Origin: Deltaproteobacteria bacterium
GTDB taxonomy: Bacteria > Myxococcota > B64-G9
Assembly: GCA_016935365.1 (NCBI GenBank)
Contig: JAFGRB010000138.1
Location: 712-64,711 of the forward strand
Length of the DNA stretch: 64,000 nt
Direction of reading: 5' to 3'
The notes beneath the pieces are model-generated. The model made no database searches. It was not told where the DNA came from and saw nothing but the letters and a program-made list of their open reading frames with translations. Of the stretch, positions 46,356 to 57,160 are shown piece after piece; within the stretch, counting starts at the first letter, position 1; each line of letters opens with the position of its first letter. A program made the position numbers and the translations under genes.

Positions 46356-47389
46356 GCTACCTCGATCGAGAGATCGCGGATCAACCCGCCGTGCTCGAAC
46401 GCTTGTTTTCGCGCGAGTCCAGGCAGATCGACAGGGCGGTCCAGGAGATCCGCGCCTTCCGCCCGCAGGCGGTCTTCCTGGTCGCCCGGGGCTCCTCGGA
46501 CAACGCGGGCCTCTACGGCAAGTACCTCTTCGGGGCGCGCAACCGCCTCGTGGTGGCGCTGGCCACGCCGTCGCTGTTCACGCTCTACCGCCGCCCGCCC
46601 GATCTGTCCGGCTGCCTCGTGCTCGCCATCTCCCAGTCCGGGCGATCGGACGACCTGGTCGGGGTCGTCGCCGAGGGGCGCAGGCAGGGAGCGTACTGCC
46701 TGGTGCTGACGAACGAGCCGAGAAGCCCGCTGGCCCGTGAGGCGAGCCGGGTGATCGACATGCGGGCCGGGCGGGAGCGCTCGGTGGCCGCCACGAAGAC
46801 CTACACCGCCGAGCTCATGGCCCTGGCGATGCTCAGCGTCGGCCTCGACGGCCGGGCACGGGACCGCGAGGCGCTGGCGCGGATGCCGGAGGCGGTCGCC
46901 GGGACACTGGAGGCCGGAGCGCGGATCGAGGAGCTCGCCGGGCGATATCGTTATGCCGAGCGGCTGGCCGTGATCGGGCGGGGGTACAACTACGCGACCG
47001 CATTCGAGGTCTCGCTCAAGCTCAAGGAGCTCGCCTACCTGACGGCCGAGCCCTCGTCGAGCGCCGACTTCCGCCATGGGCCGATCGCCGTGGTGCAGGA
47101 GGGCTTTCCGGTCCTGTTGATCGCGCCCCGGGGGCGCACGCTCGACGATATGCGCGACCTGGCCCGCGCGCTCGATCAGCGGCGGGCCGAGATCCTGGCC
47201 ATCTCGGACGTCAGTGCGTTGCTGCGCACGGCGCGGACCGCGCTCGCCATCCCGCCCGGCACGCCCGAGTGGCTGAGCCCGCTGCTCGCGGTCCTGCCGG
47301 GCCAGCTGCTCGCCCGCCACCTGGCCGCCGCGCGCGGCTGCCCGCTGGACAGGCCGCGGGGGCTCGCGAAGGTCACCCGGACCCGGTAG
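46352..47389 (+). CDS. SIS-domain protein (GlmS isomerase-like / glucosamine-6-phosphate deaminase type)
   Basis: ARGSSDNA, ISQSGRS, SVAATKTY, LKLKE, FRHGP, LDRPRGLAKVTRT; no glutaminase domain. Confidence 0.9.
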   Translation: MSYLDREIADQPAVLERLFSRESRQIDRAVQEIRAFRPQAVFLVARGSSDNAGLYGKYLFGARNRLVVALATPSLFTLYRRPPDLSGCLVLAISQSGRSDDLVGVVAEGRRQGAYCLVLTNEPRSPLAREASRVIDMRAGRERSVAATKTYTAELMALAMLSVGLDGRARDREALARMPEAVAGTLEAGARIEELAGRYRYAERLAVIGRGYNYATAFEVSLKLKELAYLTAEPSSSADFRHGPIAVVQEGFPVLLIAPRGRTLDDMRDLARALDQRRAEILAISDVSALLRTARTALAIPPGTPEWLSPLLAVLPGQLLARHLAAARGCPLDRPRGLAKVTRTR

Positions 47390-47414
47390 GCGAAGGCCTG
47401 TCGCGTCCGCGTTG

Positions 47415-47935
47415 CCGCGCCCTTTCAGGGCGCATGATTATGTTCTCTCCGCTTCCCTGGGGCTGAAGCCCTGAGGCTTATACATCTCATAACGCAAGGA
47501 TTGGTCGGTCTCCGAGATCCTCCGAGAGCCCCGCAAGGGGCGCCATAAGACAGCCCAGGGCTTCGCCGGCTTTGCCGGCTTCGCCCTAGTACACCGTCAC
47601 AGTGATTTCGATACCATACAGAGCGTTGCAGCAACGCGTACGTATTTCTGTGAAAAGGTACTAGGCTTGCTTATCGCGCCCTTTCAGGGCTTGGCGAGGA
47701 TTGCGGCTTTGCGCTGCTTCGCAGCGGAATGCAACGGAGGAGATGTGTATACGGCTCAGTGCTGAAGCCCCAGGCTATATCCCATCGCTGCTTCGCAGCG
47801 AAAACCCGGATCTCGGAACTTGCCAAGCCCATTCTTTCCTTGCGCTCCGAGATGTGTATACGGCTCAGTGCTGAAGCCCCAGTCGATATTCCACCGCTGC
47901 TTCGCAGCGGAAAACGGCGACGGAGAAGACGTGTA
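47415..47935. repeat. Cluster of REP-like palindromes and direct repeats in a convergent intergenic region
   Basis: 2x CGCGCCCTTTCAGGGC; GCCCCGCAAGGGGC; AGCCCAGGGCTTCGCC; GCGTTGCAGCAACGC; 3x CGCTGCTTCGCAGCG (47712, 47786, 47895); 2x exact 34-bp GAGATGTGTATACGGCTCAGTGCTGAAGCCCCAG (47740, 47849). Confidence 0.85.
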
Positions 47936-49637
<1,702 letters not shown>

Positions 49638-49692
49638 GGCTCGCACTCCTGCAAGGGCTCTCTCATCCCGGTACAAGGGCCGGGAGCGACGA

Positions 49693-49721
49693 AGCCTAAG
49701 AAATCCGCCGGGATTTGTCAA
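49693..49721 (-). promoter_or_regulatory. Sigma70 promoter of rplU-rpmA(-obgE)
   Basis: Minus strand TTGACA-N17-TAGGCT. Confidence 0.7.
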
Positions 49722-49736
49722 GCCTTTTCGCTCTGT

Positions 49737-50786
49737 TCACTCCGCGCGCGACAGCCCCAGCAGGCCCTCCCGGAGCCCGGGGCTTCGGACCACGCCCCGG
49801 TCGGTCACGATGGCCGAGATGAGCACCGCCGGGGTCACGTCGAAGGCGGGGTTGAAGACCTCGACGCCTTCGGGCGCGAAAGCGGTGCCGCGCGGGCTGG
49901 CGACCTCCTCGGCCGCACGCTGCTCGATGGGAATGGCGTGCCCGTCCGCGAGCGAGAGGTCCACGGTCGAGAAGGGCGCGGCCACGTAGAAGGGTAGGCC
50001 ATGCCTTCGCGCCAGGACCGCCAGGGAGTAAGTGCCGATCTTATTTGCGGTATCCCCGTTGGCCGCGATGCGATCGGCACCCACGATGCAGGCCTGCGCC
50101 ATCCCGAGTCGCATGGCGTGGCCGGCCATGGCATCGCAGATCAAGGTCACGTCGATGCCGTCCCGCATGAGCTCCCAGGTCGTCAGCCGCGCGCCCTGGA
50201 GCAGGGGGCGGGTCTCGTCGGCCAGCACCCGGACCTGCTTGCCCCTCTCTATCGCCGAGCGGATGACGCCCAGGGCTGTTCCGTGGCCGCCCGTGGCCAG
50301 CGAGCCCGCGTTGCAGTGGGTGATGACCGTGCACTTGTCGGGCAGCAGGGCGGCGCCCAGCGAGCCGATCGCCCGGCAGGCGGCGATGTCCTCCTCGCGG
50401 ATGGCCTGCGCCTCGGCCAGCAGCGCGTCGCGGATGGCCGCAGCCGAGATGGATGCGGCCAGCGACCGGTCCAGGCGCTCCCGGATGCGGTTCAAGGCCC
50501 AGAAGAGGTTGACCGCGGTCGGGCGGGTGCCGGCCAGTTCCTTGGCCGCGCGGCGCACGGCCTCCGCCAGCGCCTCTGGCTCGTCACCCTCGTGCTTCGC
50601 GGCCGCCAGGGCGCATCCCATGGCCGCCGCGATTCCGATCGCCGGCGCACCGCGCACGGCCAGCGTGCGGATGGCCTCGGCCACGTCCTCGACGCGCTCG
50701 AGATCGACCCATCGCTCCTCGGTGGGCAGCCGGGTCTGATCGATGATCCGGACGCGGCCCTCGTTCCAGCAGATCGGGGAGAGCAT
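49737..50786 (-). CDS. mtnA: S-methyl-5-thioribose-1-phosphate isomerase
   Basis: DQTRLP, VRGAPAIG, RPTAVNL, THCNAGSLAT, DETRPLLQGARLT, GADRIAANGDTANKIGT, NPAFDVTP. Confidence 0.96.
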   Translation of the reverse strand: MLSPICWNEGRVRIIDQTRLPTEERWVDLERVEDVAEAIRTLAVRGAPAIGIAAAMGCALAAAKHEGDEPEALAEAVRRAAKELAGTRPTAVNLFWALNRIRERLDRSLAASISAAAIRDALLAEAQAIREEDIAACRAIGSLGAALLPDKCTVITHCNAGSLATGGHGTALGVIRSAIERGKQVRVLADETRPLLQGARLTTWELMRDGIDVTLICDAMAGHAMRLGMAQACIVGADRIAANGDTANKIGTYSLAVLARRHGLPFYVAAPFSTVDLSLADGHAIPIEQRAAEEVASPRGTAFAPEGVEVFNPAFDVTPAVLISAIVTDRGVVRSPGLREGLLGLSRAE

Positions 50787-50802
50787 CGGCTCGGCTCGCG
50801 GC

Positions 50803-51588
50803 TCAGCGGCCCTTGAAGGCGGGCTTGCGCTTCTCGAGAAAGGCTCGCGTGCCCTCCTGCTTGTCCTCGGTCGCGCAGCACAGCCCGAAGAGGCTGGACT
50901 CCAGGTGCAGCGCCTCGTGCAGGTTCATCTGCAGGCCGCGGTGCACCGACTCCATGGCGTAGCGGACCGCCAGGGCTCCCTTGGATGCGATCTGGCTCGC
51001 CAGGGCACGGGCGCTGTCCATCAGCTCGCCGGGCTCGACCACCCTGTTGACGAGCCCGATCCGCAGCGCCTCGTCCGCGGAGATGGGATCGCCGGTCAGC
51101 ACCAGCTCCATGGCCCGACCCTCGCCCACGAGCCTGGAGAGCCGCTGCGTGCCGCCGAAGCCGGGGATGATGCCCAGGTTGATCTCCGGCTGGCCGAGCC
51201 GCGCGGTCCGGGAGGCGATGCGGATGTGGCAGGCCATGGCGATCTCGCAGCCGCCGCCCAGGGCGAAGCCGTTGATGACCGCGATGACCGGCTTGCCCAG
51301 GTTCTCGATCAAGTCGAGCACCGCCTGGCCCCGCTGGGCGAAGAGCGTGCCCGCGGCCGGATCGTAGGTGGCGATCTCGTTGATGTCGGCCCCGGCGATG
51401 AAGGCCTTCTCGCCGGCGCCGGTCAGCAGCACCGCCTTGATGCTGGCGTCGTCGCGGAGCTGGTAGAAGGCGCACTCCAGCTCCTCCATGGTCTTGCGGT
51501 TGAGCGCGTTGAGCACCTTGGGGCGGTTGAGGGTCACGAGGGCCAGCGGGGGCTCGATGACGAGCAGGATGTTTTCGAAATCGGCCAT
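50803..51588 (-). CDS. Enoyl-CoA hydratase (crotonase family)
   Basis: LNRPKVLNAL, AFIAGADI, GFALGGGCE, GQPEINLGIIPGFGGTQRL. Confidence 0.95.
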   Translation of the reverse strand: MADFENILLVIEPPLALVTLNRPKVLNALNRKTMEELECAFYQLRDDASIKAVLLTGAGEKAFIAGADINEIATYDPAAGTLFAQRGQAVLDLIENLGKPVIAVINGFALGGGCEIAMACHIRIASRTARLGQPEINLGIIPGFGGTQRLSRLVGEGRAMELVLTGDPISADEALRIGLVNRVVEPGELMDSARALASQIASKGALAVRYAMESVHRGLQMNLHEALHLESSLFGLCCATEDKQEGTRAFLEKRKPAFKGR

Positions 51589-51613
51589 GGGTCCTCCAGA
51601 AATAGAGGTCGGT

Positions 51614-52345
51614 TTACGGCTTGACTCCGGGTATGGCGTCCTTGGCCCCGAGCCGCTGATAGCCCGCGGGCAGCTCGAACAGAGAGGGATCGGTCGGGCC
51701 GGTGGCGATCTTGCGCGCCCGGGAAGTGGAGACGAGCTTCTGGCCGAAGACGGTCTGCTCGATCCGCAGCTCGACCGGGAAGCCCGGAACGCGGTCCGCG
51801 AAGTCGGACAGGCGCCCGAGCGTATCCTCCTGTCCCAACCGCCTCATCAGCTCCAGGTAGGCGGCGAAGCCGAGCCCGGCGTCCTGGCTGACCCAGAGGT
51901 CGATCGCCAGCGCGTTGCGGCCGCCCTGGGAGTAGCGGAAGAGCTCGCACTTCCACGCGCCGATGGTCCGCTTCTGGCCGGTCTGCTCGAGATTGACGTC
52001 CTCGCCGGGCGCGTCGAGGCCTGTGCGGCCGAGCCGCATGGCGACGATGCGCTGGTAGTCCGCGAGTGAGAGCTCCACGAAGCGCTTGTCCGCGATGAGC
52101 ATCAGGACGCGCCCGCGCGCGATGTCGAAGAGCGTCACCTCGTCTTCCTCGCCGAAGGAGGTCTCGGCGCGGATGTGCTTGTCGGTGAACCAGATGCGCT
52201 GGATCGCCCGCGCGGCCGGCTGGCCCTGGCTGGCCTCGTGGATCACCTCCTGCTCGATGTAGGTGCCGGTCTCGGCCGCCCGGGCGGCGGAGTCCGGAAG
52301 GCCGAGCAGAGCGAGCAGGATCCAGGCCTTGGAGATAAGGCGCAT
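51614..52345 (-). CDS. Secreted DUF4412-like protein
   Basis: Signal peptide; TGQKRTIGAWKCE, LWVS, GFPV, DPSLFELPAGY pattern. Confidence 0.75.
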   Translation of the reverse strand: MRLISKAWILLALLGLPDSAARAAETGTYIEQEVIHEASQGQPAARAIQRIWFTDKHIRAETSFGEEDEVTLFDIARGRVLMLIADKRFVELSLADYQRIVAMRLGRTGLDAPGEDVNLEQTGQKRTIGAWKCELFRYSQGGRNALAIDLWVSQDAGLGFAAYLELMRRLGQEDTLGRLSDFADRVPGFPVELRIEQTVFGQKLVSTSRARKIATGPTDPSLFELPAGYQRLGAKDAIPGVKP

Positions 52346-52427
52346 CGCATCCTCTCCCCGAGCGGAACGAGCGAAAGCTAACAGACGCCAAACAACGAGT
52401 CAATCCGGATCCGTCGGACCGGTGCCG

Positions 52428-52490
52428 TTTCACAGAGAAACGTACGCGTTGCTGCAACGCCGAGCACCCCCATTCGTGCTCGGGCTATGA
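52428..52490. repeat. REP-like palindromic element
   Basis: 52428-52460 is the reverse complement of 47623-47655 with 2 mismatches; followed by hairpin CCGAGCAC-N8-GTGCTCGG and GGCTAT. Confidence 0.75.
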
Positions 52491-52574
52491 ACCGCCCTCC
52501 GCGCGACCGGGGGGCCCTCAGCTCGGCTGCGCGCAACGCTCCGGGGTATCGAAAGCACCGAGACGAGGAGCCGC

Positions 52575-53810
52575 TCAGCGGCCGCGGCGGCGGATCTCGC
52601 GGTCCAGGTCGTCGAAGGCCTTGCCGGCCCGAGCGCGCACCTTGTCGACCTCGGTGAACAGGCGCTTGTAGGTGTAGGGCCGCGGCGGCCGGCGGTAGTA
52701 CTTCTCGAAGCGCAGGGGCTTGCGCCGCTTGACCTCGCCGCTCGCGCTGCGGCTGACCACGGTCTCCCCCTCGTCGGAGCGGCTGGGCGCGTACTCCTCG
52801 CCCTCGTCGGCCGCGTCCCCGGCCGGCTCCTCGCCGCTGTCCTCGACCGTGATCGAGCCGTGGCCTTCCGGGTCGGAGTAGGTCCGCGTGCCCGTGTCGC
52901 GACCGCTGGAGCTGGAGCCGGAGCTCGCGCCGGTGGCGGAGCTGGAGCCCGAGCTCGCGCTGTTTGGCTCGGGCCTGACCGGAGCGGGCTCGGGCTGGCG
53001 GGCGGGCTCCGCGCTGTGGCTGGTCGGGGCGCTCGCCACCCGGGCCGGCTCCGCCTCGAGCGAGTCGCCGCCGTAGGCGAGCTGCACGCTGTGGCCGGCC
53101 ACCCACTTCTTGACCACGCTGGCCTTGACCGCGAAGTTGACGCCGGTGATGGCGATCCCGCCCTGGCCCTGGCGGGCGATGGCCGTGTTGACGCCCACCT
53201 GGTAGCCGCGCACATCGAAGAGCGGCCCGCCCGAGTTGCCGCGGTTGAGGCTGGTCTCCATCTGGAAGACGTGCTTGCCGGTGATGCCCTTGAAGTCCTC
53301 GAACTCGGCCCCGATCACGCCGGTGGTGATGGTCCACAGGCCGCCCTGCTCCGGGTGGCCGATGGCCACGGTCTCGTCGCCGGGGCCCAACTCGTCCGGG
53401 TTGCCCAGGGTCTGGATCGTGAGGCCCGAGGGCGGGCTCTGGATCTGGAGCAGGGCCAGGTCGAGCGCCTCGTCGAAGGCCAGCACCTTGGCGGAGAAGT
53501 GCCTGGTGAGGTCCTTGTTCATGTCGCCGGTGACCTTGTCCGGCTTGAGGAAGACGTGGACCACCTTGTAGGGGCTCCGGCTGTCCTTGTTGAAGATCAC
53601 GTGGCAGTTGGTGATCACCATGCCGTCCGCGCGGATGATCGAGCCGGTGCCGGCCGAGGCCGAGGACGAGCCCTCCTTGGCGGCCACGATCAGCACCACC
53701 CCGTCGGCCTTGGTCTTGTAGATCTGGCGCGGCGACATCCGGGCCTCCGCCACCTGGGACAGGAAGAGGCTCAGGACAAGTAGCGAGCTGATTTTATAGG
53801 CTTTTTGCAT
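52575..53810 (-). CDS. Secreted trypsin-like (S1) serine protease without PDZ domain
   Basis: Signal peptide; catalytic triad TNCHV / DLALL / GNSGGPL; Ser/Glu-rich linker and basic C-terminal helix. Confidence 0.9.
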   Translation of the reverse strand: MQKAYKISSLLVLSLFLSQVAEARMSPRQIYKTKADGVVLIVAAKEGSSSASAGTGSIIRADGMVITNCHVIFNKDSRSPYKVVHVFLKPDKVTGDMNKDLTRHFSAKVLAFDEALDLALLQIQSPPSGLTIQTLGNPDELGPGDETVAIGHPEQGGLWTITTGVIGAEFEDFKGITGKHVFQMETSLNRGNSGGPLFDVRGYQVGVNTAIARQGQGGIAITGVNFAVKASVVKKWVAGHSVQLAYGGDSLEAEPARVASAPTSHSAEPARQPEPAPVRPEPNSASSGSSSATGASSGSSSSGRDTGTRTYSDPEGHGSITVEDSGEEPAGDAADEGEEYAPSRSDEGETVVSRSASGEVKRRKPLRFEKYYRRPPRPYTYKRLFTEVDKVRARAGKAFDDLDREIRRRGR

Positions 53811-53953
53811 CGGTCGGCCTCCCGGGAGCTTCTGTTTCTATCCTGACTTGCTTGGACGAAACTAGCACAGCCGTATTCGCTTTCAAACGGCTTTTTATCC
53901 CTGGCGCGGCGCGGGCTTGCTGCTAGACTACGACCTGTTGCGACCTGTGGACG

Positions 53954-54047
53954 AAAGCCCCGCAGGGGCGAGAGTAGGATAGCCCAGGGCGAAGCCCTGG
54001 GAAATGGGCATGGAGAGCGAGACGAAGCCCCAACGGGGCGAAATAGA
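53954..54047. repeat. REP-like palindrome cluster upstream of glmU
   Basis: AGCCCCGCAGGGGCG, ATAGCCCAGGGCGAAGCCCTGGG, AAGCCCCAACGGGGCGAAATAGA; same family as 47528-47589. Confidence 0.85.
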
Positions 54048-54054
54048 GGAAGAC

Positions 54055-55431
54055 ATGGCCACGGCATGTGTCATTCTGGCGGCCGGCATGGGCAAGCGGA
54101 TGCGCTCGAAGCGGGTCAAGGTCCTGCACGAGCTGTGCGGTGCGCCGATGATCGACTACCCGGTCTCGCTCGCGCTGCAGCGTCGTTGCCGGCCCGTGGT
54201 CGTCGTGGTCGGCAGCCAGCGCGAGCTCGTGGAGCAGCACCTGCGGGCGCGCTTCGGCAAGCGCGTCCGGATCGCGGTCCAGGATCCGCCGCTCGGCACC
54301 GGGCACGCGGTCCTGTGCGCCCGGCGCGCCCTGGGCTCCCAGCGCGGCAAGCTGCTCATCCTCTACGGCGACGTGCCGCTGCTGACCGGCAAGGAGCTCG
54401 GCGCGCTGGCGCGGGCCAGCCGCAAGGCCGAGCTCGCCTTCCTGACCTGCCGGCTGGACGACCCGACCGATTACGGGCGCGTGATCCGCGACGGGCAGGG
54501 CGAGGTCGTCTCGATCGTGGAGCAGCGCGACGCGAGCAGGGCCGAGCGCCGGATCCGCGAGGTCAACTCCGGCATCTACTTGGTCGACGCGGCCTTCGCC
54601 TTCCGGAGCCTCGCCAGGCTGGGCCGCGGCAACGCCCAGGGCGAGTACTACCTGACCGACCTGGTGGCCGCGGCGCGCGGCAGGGGTCTACGGGTCGAGG
54701 GCGTCGAGGTGCCGCCCGACAGCGTGCTGGGCGTCAACGATCGACGGGAGCTCGCCCGGGTGGGCAAGGAGATCAACCGCCGCCTGCTCGACAGGCTCAT
54801 GGCGAGCGGGGTGAGCGTGCTCGACCCGGACAGCACCTTCGCGGGGGCCGAGGTGCGCATCGGCACAGACAGCCTCCTGCTGCCGGGCTGCGTGCTCCGG
54901 GGGCAGGTGCGCATCGGCCGCGGCTGCACCATCGGCCCGGGCGCGGTCATCGAGGACGCCCGGATCGGAGACGGGGCCGAGGTCCGCGCCTACTCGGTGC
55001 TCGAGGGCTGCCGGGTGGGCGCCGGCGCGACGGTCGGGCCCTTCGCGCGCCTGCGGCCCGGGACCGTGCTGGAGGACCAGGTCCGGGTCGGCAACTTCGT
55101 GGAGTGCAAGAAGGCCCACCTGGGCCGCGGCACCAAGGCCGGCCATCTGAGCTACCTGGGCGACGCCGAGATCGGGAGGCAGGTCAACGTGGGCGCCGGC
55201 ACGATCACCTGCAACTACGACGGCGAGCACAAGCACACGACCCGCATCGACGACGGCGCCTTCATCGGCTCGGACACCCAGCTCGTCGCGCCCGTGCGCG
55301 TGGGCCGCGGCGCCTACGTGGGGGCCGGGACCACGGTCACCCGCGACGTGCCCGCCGAGGCCCTGGCGGTCTCGCGCGCGCGCCAGCGCAACGTGGAGGG
55401 CTACGCGCGGCGCAAGGCGCGGAAGGCATAG
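54055..55431 (+). CDS. glmU: Bifunctional UDP-GlcNAc pyrophosphorylase / glucosamine-1-phosphate acetyltransferase
   Basis: ILAAGMGKRMRS, LGTGHAV, YGDVPL, NAQGEYYLTD, GPFARLRP, HLSYLGDA, GAGTITCNYDG. Confidence 0.97.
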   Translation: MATACVILAAGMGKRMRSKRVKVLHELCGAPMIDYPVSLALQRRCRPVVVVVGSQRELVEQHLRARFGKRVRIAVQDPPLGTGHAVLCARRALGSQRGKLLILYGDVPLLTGKELGALARASRKAELAFLTCRLDDPTDYGRVIRDGQGEVVSIVEQRDASRAERRIREVNSGIYLVDAAFAFRSLARLGRGNAQGEYYLTDLVAAARGRGLRVEGVEVPPDSVLGVNDRRELARVGKEINRRLLDRLMASGVSVLDPDSTFAGAEVRIGTDSLLLPGCVLRGQVRIGRGCTIGPGAVIEDARIGDGAEVRAYSVLEGCRVGAGATVGPFARLRPGTVLEDQVRVGNFVECKKAHLGRGTKAGHLSYLGDAEIGRQVNVGAGTITCNYDGEHKHTTRIDDGAFIGSDTQLVAPVRVGRGAYVGAGTTVTRDVPAEALAVSRARQRNVEGYARRKARKA

Positions 55432-55454
55432 AGCCTTTTGCACGGCTCGACCGA

Positions 55455-55515
55455 AAGCCCCAAGGGGGCGGAATAGAAGTGCCTACCGCAAGTTCATCCC
55501 GCCCCGTTGGGGCTT
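55455..55515. repeat. Inverted REP-like doublet downstream of glmU
   Basis: AAGCCCCAAGGGGGCGGAATAGA (55455-55477) and CGCCCCGTTGGGGCTT (55500-55515, exact reverse complement of 54025-54040). Confidence 0.85.
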
Positions 55516-55566
55516 GAATCCAGATGGCGAAGCGCTGTCAGGTTGGAGAAGGATGAACGGCCGAAG

Positions 55567-57021
55567 CTAGAGCTGCCAGGAGCCGAGCAGGATGTCCATC
55601 ACGCCCGGCAGGATGTACTCGGGATCGTGCTTCAGAGCGTGCACCTCGACCTCGTCCGTCTCGGGCGCCAGGTAAGAGAAGGTAGGCGGGGCAGACAGGC
55701 TCTCCTCGCGGCCCGCGGCCCGGGCGCGCATGCGCAGCACCGGCGCCACCAGGGTTCCCGTGAAGTCCTCGCGGACCGTGCGCTTCTCCCAGACCCGCTC
55801 CGCAACCCAGCGCTCGCTGTAGTGGTCGTAGCGCTTCTTCTCGACCCGCTCCTCGCGGGTCTGCTCGCGGGTGAGCCGGGTGCCGGGAAAGCGCTCCATC
55901 TCGACCGCGGCCCGGATCGCGAGCCCAGGGCCGGGCCGCGCGCGGAGCTCGCAGGTGGCGAGCAGATCGCGCACGGCCGAGCGGATCCCGCTCGCGAGCT
56001 CCCGGGCGTCTATCGCGAGACCACCCAGGTCCACGATCTCCACCTCCAGGCCGATCTCTTGGTCCGCGGCCACGGCCCGGCCCAGCACGCAGAGCTTGCG
56101 CCGGCCCTCGATCAGCGCGTCGATGGCCTTGCTGTACTCGGGTCGCTTGTCCCGCCACATGCCCAGCAGCCGGGTGGCGTTGTCGGTCGCGATCAGGCCA
56201 GGGTGGGCCATGGCCAGATGGATGAGCTGCTTGATGTACAGCCCGCCCAGGTCCTCCTGGCCGCAGTAGCGGTTCAGTCGCTCGCGCTCCTCGGCGTAGG
56301 ACAGATAGCCCAGCTTGAAGCTGCCCACCCGCTCGCTCGCCCCGGGCGCGATCCGCGCGGCCAGCTCGGCCGGGAAGGCTCCCTGGGCCTCGGCCATGAG
56401 CATGTGAACCATGAGCTGCGCGCCCCAGGCATAGGGCTCGCCGTTGCCGCTCGCGAGCTCCCAGATGGCCGGGTTGGATCTCCCGTCCAGGCGGAGCGCC
56501 GCATAGGTGAGGGCGCTGCTCTCCTGCCCCCCGTGCAGGATGCTGTCCGGGCCCCTGGCGATCAGGGTCCGGCGAAGGGCCGGGTCGTCCAGCAGCTCCG
56601 GCACCAGCTCCGGATAGCGCCGCAGGATGTCCTCGAGGTCGACCGACTTCGGCGCGATCTCGGCCAGCCCGCTCCAGTAGGAATAGATCCGCATTCGGTG
56701 CCTGATGGACGGGATCTCGCAAAGGATGACCAGGACCATGACCAGGCTCGCCAGGCCGAGGCTCGCATAGCCCAGGTAGGTGCCCTTGCGCTCCTTGCTC
56801 TTGCGGAGCAGGTGGACGAGCTCGAAGGCGATCGCCAGCAAGGCCAGCAGGGGCGCGAGCAGCAGCTCGGTCTGGTTCGTCGAGAAGACGTCCAGGTAGT
56901 CTGCGAAGTGCGCCCCCGGCTTGAGGAAGACATAGCGGTTCAGCTGGCTGTAGAACACGACCAGGGCCGCGAAGCCGCCGAAGAGACGGACGAGGGAGAA
57001 GAGAGCCGAGAGCAGCGCCAT
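55567..57021 (-). CDS. Hypothetical membrane protein (3 N-terminal TM segments, large soluble domain)
   Basis: AGGAGG RBS before ATG 57021; three hydrophobic helices; GC-rich third positions; no recognised family. Confidence 0.75.
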   Translation of the reverse strand: MALLSALFSLVRLFGGFAALVVFYSQLNRYVFLKPGAHFADYLDVFSTNQTELLLAPLLALLAIAFELVHLLRKSKERKGTYLGYASLGLASLVMVLVILCEIPSIRHRMRIYSYWSGLAEIAPKSVDLEDILRRYPELVPELLDDPALRRTLIARGPDSILHGGQESSALTYAALRLDGRSNPAIWELASGNGEPYAWGAQLMVHMLMAEAQGAFPAELAARIAPGASERVGSFKLGYLSYAEERERLNRYCGQEDLGGLYIKQLIHLAMAHPGLIATDNATRLLGMWRDKRPEYSKAIDALIEGRRKLCVLGRAVAADQEIGLEVEIVDLGGLAIDARELASGIRSAVRDLLATCELRARPGPGLAIRAAVEMERFPGTRLTREQTREERVEKKRYDHYSERWVAERVWEKRTVREDFTGTLVAPVLRMRARAAGREESLSAPPTFSYLAPETDEVEVHALKHDPEYILPGVMDILLGSWQL

Positions 57022-57106
57022 CTGCGACCTCCTGAAACCAGCTGCGCAGGCCTGCCGCCAGGCTATCCCGCTCGAGCCCGGGAAGCAAAGCGGTCTCGGC
57101 GCTGGC

Positions 57107-57135
57107 TTGACTCCGCGATCATCCTGATGTAAATT
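57107..57135 (+). promoter_or_regulatory. Sigma70-type promoter of the MYXO-CTERM protein operon
   Basis: TTGACT-N17-TAAATT in an AT-rich patch. Confidence 0.6.
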
Positions 57136-57160
57136 ACAATAAAATCAAGCAGGTGGAATC

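Noticed and set aside
46352-47389. Truncated glmS pseudogene
   Set aside because: Has its own coupled start (ATGA overlap) and matches the stand-alone two-SIS family; no glutaminase remnant upstream
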